From Eledone cirrhosa (Eukaryota), in NCBI GenBank assembly GCA_964016885.1, contig OZ024745.1:90458001-90522000 (forward strand): a stretch of DNA of 64,000 nucleotides, written 5' to 3'. The position numbers and the translations under genes were made by a program. Positions 53,477 through 64,000 of the stretch are shown piece by piece. The notes below the pieces were generated by a model that saw only the letters and a program-made list of their open reading frames with translations, made no database searches and had not been told where the DNA came from. Within the stretch, counting starts at the first letter, position 1. Each line of letters opens with the position of its first letter.

Positions 53477-53775
53477 TTACGCACGTGCTCAAGTATAGCT
53501 CTTTTTACAAGACGGTTCTTTTTTCCATTTCAAGTAGGCGTCTGCCATCATCCACTTTTCTAAAAATACAAATCATACACAAAACGCCAGCACCAACAGT
53601 TTTGCAAGGGATGTCATCCCGCCCGTCCCTTCAATCTATTTTATTTCTCATTCTTTCTTCTGATGAGAGACTAACGTCCGAAACGTTAAGACCCTCTTCC
53701 TGCTATACCAAGCGTTAATCTAATATATACCTTCCATATATGTACCGATTGTGTTGTTATTTCTGTTTACCTTTT
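51006..53775 (+). mobile_element. Penelope-like element (RT + C-terminal GIY-YIG), 5'-truncated, decayed, inserted in (TA)n
   Basis: LLARGLRFIP, IVIKPADKGGA, LPKIHK..PGR.IVS, LDITSLYTVIP, GVAMGTRMGP.YANLF, RYIDD, FLDI, VVYALRC..C..LYI.QTGR. Stop at 53218-53220; 3' hammerhead. Confidence 0.88.
53656..53691 (+). ncRNA. Minimal hammerhead ribozyme in PLE 3' terminal repeat
   Basis: tctt-CTGATGA-ga-gac-taac-gtc-c-GAAA-cg-TT-aaga; palindromic AACGTT. Confidence 0.8.
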
Positions 53776-53840
<65 letters not shown>

Positions 53841-54169
53841 TATATGTAAATATGTATGTGTATGTTTATATGTATGTATATATATATATATATATATATA
53901 TTAGTGAAAGAGAAGGGAGAAAGACGATATACATAAAAAGGGAAAATATATTCAATAAAGTGTATATGTATGCAATAACTTCCCAAATGATTATAGATGT
54001 AGTGATAAGCCTGCCTTTTACAGAGCTGTTCTAAGTTTATTGCGTGTATTGTTAAAGGAAATCAATAAATCTATCAGATATGTACTAAACACCTTTGAGA
54101 ATGGCATGTGTCACCTTCTGACTCTTTCTCCTACATATTTCCTCATTAATATGCATGTGTATGTATGAA

Positions 54170-54635
54170 GGCGAAGGGCTTAGTGGTTAGAGCATTAATT
54201 AGGCTTGCAATTGAGAGGTTGCGAGTTCGATTCTCCGGCCGACTATATTTCACGTTGCTCCAGTTTACTCAGCTGTAGAAATGAATTGCGACGTCACTGG
54301 TGCCAAGTTGTATTGGCCTTTGTCTTTCCCTTGTACAACATCTTTTATAGTATATATGAAGTATATATAGTGTATATATAGTATATATACGGTTTATATA
54401 TAGTGTATAGTGTCTATATAATTTATATATGGTGTATACATGAGTTGCGACATAACTGGTGCCAAGCTGTGTCGGCCTTTCTCTTTCCCTTGGAAAACAT
54501 CGGTAGCGTGGAGAGGCGAGGCTGGTATGTATGGGCGACTACTGGTCTTCCACAAACAACCTTGCTCGGACTTGAGTCTCGGAGGGAAACTTTCTAGGTG
54601 CAAAACTATGGTCATTAGTGACAGAGGGGGGCCTT
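54170..54635 (+). mobile_element. tRNA-derived SINE (second family) interrupted by a TA-rich insert with a ~60-bp internal duplication
   Basis: A box tagtggttagagc and B box gagttcgattc; ttgcgac..actggtgccaag..ggcctt..tttcccttg..aacatc occurs twice (54283-54342, 54441-54501). Confidence 0.7.
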
Positions 54636-54806
54636 TAAATGCATGTACGTGTGGCGGTGGGGAGGCTATGTGAACATGTGTATGTGTGTGTGCGCGTGTG
54701 TGTATGTGTTTTATTTTTTCATCTCTCTTTGTATGTGTGTATAATTTGTGGTTAGTGTGTGCATTATATCTTCAGCAACGATTTTATATCCTGTTCCGCT
54801 TCAACA

Positions 54807-54980
54807 TAATTGTTTCTACTTTTGGCACAAGGCCAGCAATTATTCCAGTGTATTACTGGTACTTTATTTTATGTCGATAAAATAAAGTACCAGTAATACA
54901 CTGGGCAAAGTTAACCTCGGCGGGATTTGAACTCAGACCATAAAGGGCCGTAACTCTTTGCTGCAAAGCATGGTGTCCGC
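54807..54980 (-). mobile_element. tRNA-derived SINE with internal fold-back
   Basis: Matches 46586-46705 except that the middle is replaced by a 28-bp inverted copy. Confidence 0.75.
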
Positions 54981-55479
54981 TTCAACGTAATGGCAAGTGA
55001 CTACATCATATGGGGCGGCGTTGATAACAAAAAAGTCCTTGATAGTTACACATCACATACACTGACATTCACATACACATACGCACACATATATTTATCC
55101 ACCTTTACATAAAGACACACACACACACACAGGCAGAGCCACATACTCTAACATAAACAGTAACACACAGTAATAGGTAAAAAGATATGTGGATATATAG
55201 CAGGGGTAACTAAATAGGTGAATGCCTTCCGTTTTAAGCTCACAAAGTGTATATTTTAAATCTAAAATGACCCTCGTTCACACATTATTATGTGAGGAGT
55301 AATTGCAGTGAAAGACAGTTATTTTTATGTTCAACGTTCAAACATTGTTATACACACAATACATTCTATTGAAATAAGATGTCCTGAGGTTATAAAGAAT
55401 GGAGAGAAACGCTAAGGATTTATAGCAGAATTTAAATTTAAAAAGTAAACAGTTTCGACATTGTGTGTGTATAATGTAT

Positions 55480-55485
55480 GCATGC

Positions 55486-55522
<37 letters not shown>

Positions 55523-55561
55523 ATATGTGCATGCATACATATACACACAAAATGTCGAAAA

Positions 55562-55623
<62 letters not shown>

Positions 55624-55665
55624 TTATACACACACATATATATATATATATACACATATATATAC

Positions 55666-55728
<63 letters not shown>

Positions 55729-55729
55729 C

Positions 55730-55797
<68 letters not shown>

Positions 55798-55910
55798 GTA
55801 TGTATATATATAAATATATATATATATATGCATGTATATGCATGTATATGAATTCATAACATACATATAATCATACATACATATTCACACACACATAAAC
55901 ATACACACAT
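55480..55910. repeat. (TA)n-rich microsatellite
   Basis: Seen directly. Confidence 0.95.
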
Positions 55911-56188
55911 ACATTCATAATACTTAATGCCATAACAGTCTTGTTTTAAAACTAGATTTTACTACAGAATATATTGATTTTACCTGACAATGTATATATA
56001 TAGATGAGTATAAATACTCCATCACTAACTACGATTTGTCCCTGGACAAAAACGCATAGGTAATTGACTAATTAAACAAGCTGGTAAGAATGCACATATA
56101 AGCAAATCGGTTGAATATTTGGGATACACACACACACACACGCATACACACACACATACATACATACATACATACATACATACATACA

Positions 56189-56220
<32 letters not shown>

Positions 56221-56221
<1 letters not shown>

Positions 56222-56671
56222 GGCGGCTGCCAACTCGTTTTCGAGTACGGCCACTACTTTATATCCATGTAGGAGAACCCCTACCGAAGCGCTGAACAAG
56301 TGTGACTTTTTAGTCCAGCCAGCGACTTGAAAACTCTGGTACAAACACTACACTTGTGACAATTATTGACACATAGTGCTGGGCCCATGGTACCATGTGA
56401 TGACAAGTGCAGAGGGATCTCCAGATACAAAGCAATGCCTGTGCCGTGAAGCTTTTATAGTGAGCAAAGGCACTGCGCAAAGCCACTCCCACTCTCTTAA
56501 TCAAGATGATATTTACCGAAAAGAAGAACAAGTCAACATCATTGGATACCATCAGGGTTGCAGGTGTTATATCAGAGTTTTCCTTCTCCTAGAATTCTGC
56601 CTTGACAAAGACTAAGGGGTCATCTCTCCCGGTGATTTTGGATGGCCATTGACTTAAGAGCTCCTTTGCCC

Positions 56672-56673
<2 letters not shown>
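56221..56673 (-). mobile_element. Non-autonomous RTE-like element D, copy D1 (5'-truncated), (TGTA)n tail
   Basis: Near-identical to 60361-60815; terminal hairpin next to the repeat. Confidence 0.7.
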
Positions 56674-56702
<29 letters not shown>

Positions 56703-56762
56703 CATACATACATACATACATACATACATACATACATACGTACATACATACATACATACATA

Positions 56763-58234
56763 CTCTGCGCAAAACAAAACAGTGGCTCACGATGTGTTTG
56801 CTGTCCCTGTCCTAACACCAACGTTTGGAATACTCAATTGGACGATAGACGAAATCCGAGCAGTTGATGTTGGAACTCGAAAAATACTGAACAACACCGG
56901 AAACTTCCACATCAACAGTGACATAGACTGCCTTTACTTGAAACGTAAGCAGGGAGGCAGAGGCCTAACATCAGTCCAGACAACATTTGAATGTCGCATC
57001 ATATCTCTCCGACAACATCTACGAACCTCGAAGCGTAGGAGCCCGTTTCTCGAGCAAGTCTATCTGCATGAAACAGATAAGATCAAGAGAGTTGGGAAGG
57101 AACTCCTTGAGAGATATTCCCTGTGTGATAATCAAAAGCTCACACCCAGGGATGTCGCTCAGCAGTATGGCAGTGAATCCATGGATGAAAAACTGCATGC
57201 CTATCAGCAAAAAGTCATGCATGGATATGTTGCCAGGAAGCTCCTGAGTGTGAGTAATATAGATAAGGAAAGTAGTCTATCTTGGACCAACAACCGCTAT
57301 ATTGGCTCCCACTTTGAAGGATACGCTTTTGCAATCCAAGAACAGGAGATTAGCACGAAATACCTGATTCACAAAAGAGATAGGGATGCAGGCAAAACAC
57401 CTAGATGTGATAACAAGTGCAGACTCTGCAGAACTAACATCGAGGATATCACCCATGTCATCAGCAGCTGCCCAGGGATGTCATCGCGGTACTATCTGCC
57501 TGTGAGGCATGATCTGGTGGCCAAAACACTGTACAATGCAGTTCGTGAAAAGGATAGCCCCGATGGTAAACACATTAAAAGCTACAACAGTGTGGAAGAC
57601 ATCCATGTACATAATATGGGGGAGTACTGGTGGAATGTTCCAGTAAAAACCCCAATAGAATGCAGGCATAACAGACCAGATATTATGATATGGGACAGGG
57701 AGAAGAAAACATGCACAGTAGTGGAAATTAGCTGCCCAGCAGATGCCAATATAATATCAAAGATTAGTGAAAAGGAGAATATTTATGCAGAACTGATGAG
57801 AAATCTGCAGATACTCCACCCTGATTACACCTTCAGATTTATGCCTGTGATTGTTGGGGCACTGGGATATGTTAGTAACTGCCTCAATACAAATCTTGAG
57901 AAGCTAGGCTTCACAGGAACAGAAAGAACACAACTAGTTAGGAAATTACAAGTACAATCCATTAATGGAACAGTAAAAATGTGTAAAACATACAAAAAAT
58001 TTTGCATCTAATAACTGCATATATACATGTACAGATACAAAGCATATACACATGCACACATACAACTCAAAACATCCACATCCACACATACAATAACATC
58101 ATATCTACACATGCATGCATACATATCTACCTAGTTGATGTGTAAATTCCAATGAGAGAGTCTTCTGTCTATGTTAGAAAACCGACTCTCTCTCTCTATT
58201 GGTAAAACTTTGTGAAATTATAAAACCAGAAGAA
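56763..58234 (+). mobile_element. Family C copy C2 (5'-truncated; open ORF 56782-58011 with CCHC and RLE)
   Basis: CRLCRTNIEDITHVISSC, RHD, RPD; complete 3' UTR; (TACA)n flanks. Confidence 0.9.
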
Positions 58235-58318
58235 CATACATACATACATACATACATACATACATACATACATACATACATACATACATACATACATACA
58301 TACATACATACATACATA

Positions 58319-58665
58319 ATGCCTCAGTACAAATTTTGAAAAGCTGGGCTTCACAGAAACAGAAAGAACACGACTAGTTAGGAAATTACAAGGACAGTCT
58401 ATTAATGGAACAGTAAAATCTAATAACTGCATATACACATGTACAGATACAAAGCATATACACATGCACACATATAACTCAAAACATACACATCCACACA
58501 TGCAATAACATCCATATCTACACATGCATGCTTGCAGTCATGCAGACATGCAGATATATCTACCTAGTTGATGTTGTGTAAATTCCAATGAGAGCGTCTT
58601 GTGTCTATGTTAGAAACCGACTCTCTCTCAATTGGAAACAATTTGTAAAATTATAAAATCAGAAG
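58319..58665 (+). mobile_element. Family C copy C3 (short 3' fragment)
   Basis: Matches the last codons and 3' UTR of C2; (TACA)n flanks. Confidence 0.85.
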
Positions 58666-58752
58666 TACATACATACATACATACATACATACATACATAC
58701 ATACATACATACATACATACATACATACATACATACATACATACATACATAC

Positions 58753-60342
58753 TGTTTCACCGAAATCTGATGAAGACTGCTACAAATACCTGGAGATAGA
58801 TGAGAACATATCCTATAATCGCATCTGTAATAAAGAACGCGTAACCAGGGAATTCTACACCCGATTAAGAAAGATCTGGTCATCGGAACTCTTTGCGCAA
58901 AACAAAACAGTGGCTCACAATGTGTTTGCTGTCCCTGTCCTAACACCAACGTTTGGAATACTCAATTGGACGATAGGCGAAATCCGAGCAGTTGATGTTG
59001 GAACTCGGAAAATACTGAACCACACCGGAAACTTCCACATCAACAGTGACATAGACCGCCTTTACTTGAAACGTAAGCAGGGAGGCAGAGGCCTAACATC
59101 AGTCCAGACAACATTTGAATGTCGCATCATATCTCTCCGACAACATCTACGAACCTCGAAACGTAGGAGCCCACTTCTCGAGCAAGTCTATCTGCATGAA
59201 ACAGATAAGATCATGAGAGTTGGGAAGGAACTCCTTGAGAGATATTCCCTGTGTGATAATCAAAAACTCACACCCAGTGATGTCGCTCAGCAGTATGGCA
59301 GTGAATCCATGGATGAAAAACTGCATGCCTATCAGCAAAAAGTCATGCATGGATATGTTGCCAGGATACTCCAAAGTGAGAGTAATATAGATAAGGAAAG
59401 TAGTCTATCTTGGACCAACAACCGCTATATTGGCTCCCACTTTGAAGGATACGCTTTTGCAATCCAGGAACAGGAGATTAGCACGAAATACCTGATTCAT
59501 AAAAGCGATAGGGATGCAGGCAAAACACCTAGATGTGATAACAAGTGCAGACTCTGCAGAACTAACATCGAGGATATCTCCTATGTCATAAGCAGCTGTC
59601 TAAAGATGTCATCGCGGTACTATCTACCTATGAGGCATGATGTAGTGGCCAAAAACTGTACAATGCAGTTCGTAAAAAATATAGCCCCGATAATAAACAC
59701 ATTAAAAGCTACAACAATGTGGAAGACATCCATGTACATAATATGAAAGAGTACTGGTGGAATGTTCCAGTAAAAGCCCAATAAAATGCAGGCATAACAG
59801 ACCAGATATTATGATATGGGACAGGGAGAAGAAAACATGCACAGTAGTGGAAATTAGCTGCCCAGCAGATGCCAATATAATATCAAAGATTAGTGAAAAG
59901 GAGAATATTTATGCAGAACTGATGAGAAATCTGCAGAACCTGTGATTATTGGGGCACTGGGATATGTTAGTAACTGCTGCAATAAAATTCTTGAGAAGCT
60001 AGGCTTCACAGGAACAGAAAGAACACAACTAGTTAAGAAATTACAAGTACAATCCATTAATGGAACAGTAAAAATATGTAAAACATTCCAAAAATTGTGC
60101 ATCTAATAACTGCATATACACATGTACAGATACAAAGCATATACACATGCACACATCCAACTCAAAACATACACATCCACACATACAATAACATCCATAT
60201 CTACACATGCATGCATGCAGACATACATACATATCTACCTAGTTGATGTGTAAATTCCAATGAGAGAGTCTTGTGTCTATGTTAGAAAACCGACTCTCTC
60301 TCTCTATTGGTAAAACTTTGTGAAATTATAAAACCAGAAGAA
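58753..60342 (+). mobile_element. Family C copy C4 (5'-truncated, frameshifted)
   Basis: ORFs 58910-59746 and 59757-59945; same 3' end; (TACA)n flanks. Confidence 0.9.
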
Positions 60343-60360
60343 CATACATACATACATACA

Positions 60361-60957
60361 TGGTGGCTGCCAACTCGTTTTCGAGTACGGCCACTACTTT
60401 ATATCCATGTAGGAGAACCCCTACCGATGCGCTGAACGAGTGTGACTTTTTAGTCCAGCCAGCGACTTGAAAACTCTGGTACAAACACTACACTTGTGAC
60501 AATTACTGACACATAGTGCTGGGCCCATGGTACCATGTGACGACAAGTGCAGAGAGATCTCCAGATATAAAGCAATGCCTGTGCCGTGAAGCTTTTATAG
60601 TGAGCAAAGGCACTGCACAAAGCCAGTCCCACTCTCTTAACCAAGATGATATTTACCAAAAAGAAGAACAAGTCAACATCATTGGATACCATCAGGGTTG
60701 CAGGTGTTATATCAGAGTTTTCCTTCTCCTAGAATTCTGCCTTGACAAAGGCTAAGGGGTCATCTCTCCCGGTGATTTTGGATGGCCATTGACTCTTAAG
60801 AGCTCCTTTGCCCTTTGACAGGTTTTGTTTTTAGTCCTGCAGGATGTCCAAAGTCACCCTCCTCACCAAGAAACCTTGGTGGGGTTGCCAGTTTAGTCGC
60901 CAACGACCCGACCATGGGACAGGTTGTACTGGGATACATGTTACCAGTAGCACCAAT
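60361..60957 (-). mobile_element. Non-autonomous RTE-like element D, copy D2 (longest, ~600 bp)
   Basis: Minus strand carries CTAGGAGAAGGAAAACTCTGA (RTE 5'-UTR-like motif), a C2H2-like remnant [16 protein letters not shown], a 3' hairpin and a (TGTA)n tail. No RT. Confidence 0.65.
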
Positions 60958-61405
60958 ACATATATATATATACATATATATATACATATATATATATGTA
61001 CATACATATACATGTACATACATACATATACACATATACATACATATATATATATATATAAATACATACATATATATATATAAATACATATATATATATA
61101 TACATACATACATATACATACATATATACATACATATACATACACACATACATATATACATACATACACACACATATATACATACATACATACACATACA
61201 TATATACACATACATATATATACATACATACATACACATACATATATATACATACATACATACACATACATATATATACATACATACATACACATACATA
61301 TATACACATACTTACATATATATACATACATACACATACATATATATATATACATATATATATATATACATACATACATATATACACATACATATATATA
61401 TATAC

Positions 61406-61440
<35 letters not shown>

Positions 61441-61577
61441 CATACATACATATATATATACATACATACATATATATATACATATATATATATATACATA
61501 CATACATATATATATACATACATACATATATATATACATACATATACATATACATACATACACATATATATATATAC

Positions 61578-61608
<31 letters not shown>

Positions 61609-61693
61609 CATACATACATATACATATATACATATATATATATACACATACATACATATATATATATACATATATATATATATACATACATAC

Positions 61694-61750
<57 letters not shown>

Positions 61751-61826
61751 CATATATATATATACATATATATATATACATACATATATATATATACATA
61801 TATATATATACATACATATATATATA

Positions 61827-61858
<32 letters not shown>

Positions 61859-61894
61859 CATATACACACATACATATATATATATATATACACA

Positions 61895-61934
<40 letters not shown>

Positions 61935-62019
61935 CATATACATATATATACATACATATACATATATATATATACATACATACATATATATATATACATA
62001 TATATATATACATACATAC

Positions 62020-62052
<33 letters not shown>

Positions 62053-62057
62053 CATAC

Positions 62058-62088
<31 letters not shown>

Positions 62089-62093
62089 CATAC

Positions 62094-62126
<33 letters not shown>

Positions 62127-62292
62127 CATACATACATATATATATACATATATACATATATATATACATATATACATACATATATATATATACATATATA
62201 CACATACACATATATATACATATATATATATATATATACATACATACATACATATATATATATATATACATACATACATATATATATATACA
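60958..62292. repeat. 1.3-kb compound (TA)n/(TACA)n microsatellite
   Basis: Seen directly. Confidence 0.95.
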
Positions 62293-62750
62293 TGGTGGCT
62301 GCCAACTCGTTTTCGAGTACGGCCACTACTTTACATCCATGTAGGATAACCCCTACCGAAGCGCTGAACGAGTGTGACTTTTTAGTCCAGCCAGCGACTT
62401 GAAACCTCTGGTACAAACACTACACCTGTGACAATTATTGACACATAGTGCTAGGCCCATGGTAGGACAATTATTGACACATAGTGCTGGGCCCATGTGA
62501 GGACAAGTGCAGAGAGATCTCCAGATATAAAGCAATGCCTGTGCCGTGAAGCTTTTATAGTGAGCAAAGGCACTGCACAAAGCCACTCCCACTCTCTTAA
62601 CCAAGATGCTATTTACCAAAAAGAAGAACAAGTCAACATCATTGGATACCATCAGGGTTGCAGGTGTTATATCAGAGTTTTCCTTCTCCTAGAATTCTGC
62701 CTTGACTAAGGCTAAAGGGGTCATCTCTCCCGGTGATTTTGGATGGCCAT
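62293..62750 (-). mobile_element. Element D copy D3 (5'-truncated, small internal duplication)
   Basis: gacaattattgacacatagtgct.ggcccatg is duplicated at 62430-62497. Confidence 0.7.
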
Positions 62751-62940
62751 ATACATACATACATATATACACACACATACATACACATACATATATATAT
62801 ATATACACATACATACATACATACATATATATATATATATACATACATACATACATATATACATATATATACATACACACATATATATATATATACATAC
62901 ATATATATATATATACATACATATATATATATATACATAC

Positions 62941-62993
<53 letters not shown>

Positions 62994-62998
62994 CATAC

Positions 62999-63065
<67 letters not shown>

Positions 63066-63102
63066 CACATACATATATATATACATACATACATATATAT
63101 AC

Positions 63103-63153
<51 letters not shown>

Positions 63154-63156
63154 CAC

Positions 63157-63237
<81 letters not shown>

Positions 63238-63470
63238 CACATATATATATACATATATATATATATATACATACATATATATACATATATACATATACAT
63301 ATATATATATACATATATATATATACATATATATATATACATATATATATATATACATATATATATATACATATATATATATACATATATATATATACAT
63401 ATATATATATACATATATATATATACATACATACATACATACATACATACATACATACATACATACATAC
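62751..63470. repeat. Compound (TA)n/(TACA)n microsatellite
   Basis: Seen directly. Confidence 0.95.
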
Positions 63471-64000
63471 TGTTTCACCGAAATCTGATGAGGACTGCTA
63501 CAAATACCTGGAGATAGATGAGAACATATCCTATAATGGCATCTGTAATAAAGAACGCGTAACCAGGGAATTCTACACCCGATTAAGAAAGATCTGGTCA
63601 TCGGAACTCTCTGCGCAAAACAAAACAGTGGCTCACAGTGTGTTTGCTGTGCCTATCCTAACACCAACGTTTGGAATACTCAATTGGACGACAGACGAAC
63701 TCCGAGCAGTTGATGTTGGAACTCCAAAAATACTGAACAACACCGGAAACTTCCACATCAACAGTGACATAGACCGCCTTTACTTGAAACGTAAGCAGGG
63801 AGGCAGTGGCCTAACATCAGTCCAGACAACATTTGAATGTCGCATCATATCTCTCCGACAACATCTACGAACCTCGAAGCGTAGGAGCCCGTTTCTCGAG
63901 CAAGTCTATCTGCATGAAACAGATAAGATCATGAGAGTTGGGAAGGAACTCCTCGCGAGATATTCGCTATGTGATAATCAAAAACTCACACCCAGGGAAA
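63471..64000 (+). mobile_element. Family C copy C5 (5'-truncated, runs off the window)
   Basis: Same start and sequence as C4. Confidence 0.88.

Noticed and set aside
56221-56260. Element D hairpin as the 5' end or ribozyme of family C
   Set aside because: The shared end with variable opposite truncations and the minus-strand zinc-finger remnant indicate it is the 3' end of an antisense element.
60796-63601. Long ORFs of 250-509 aa rich in Y/I/H/T/M/C/V
   Set aside because: Translations of (TA)n/(TACA)n microsatellite, which lacks stop codons. The same applies at 1134-1721, 38222-38892, 50395-51083 and 55338-55878.

Overview
Eukaryotic (animal) repeat-dominated DNA with no recognisable host gene. 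The SINEs and the dense (TA)n/(CA)n/(TACA)n/(TAA)n microsatellites resemble octopus DNA, but this is an inference. The window holds two microsatellite-centred retroelement nests. (1) 3.3-33.4 kb: eight head-to-tail plus-strand R4/Dong-type non-LTR retrotransposons (RT plus restriction-like endonuclease). Six are family A, one of them intact with a 1130-aa ORF, and two are family B. An antisense Tx1/L1 element and a SINE tail are also present, and all units are separated by (TAA)n. The nest sits inside a short (ATT)n tract in the terminal repeat of a Penelope-like element, and an inverted copy at ~35.94-36.08 kb preserves the empty site. (2) 41.6-44.5 kb and 56-64 kb: a third Dong-like family (C) bounded by (TACA)n, interleaved with an antisense non-autonomous RTE-like element with a (TGTA)n tail. 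Also present are a second Penelope-like element, at least seven minimal hammerhead ribozyme motifs (including divergent pairs and a 354-bp palindrome), two mariner-type MITEs each inflated by a 25-bp minisatellite, other MITEs, SINEs and several perfect fold-backs. One unexpected pattern: every ORF-truncated Dong copy in the TAA nest joins the spacer in the ATA (Ile) frame, which is the frame of an ATG in the upstream copy's 3' UTR. Most short ORFs in the track are microsatellite or antisense artefacts.
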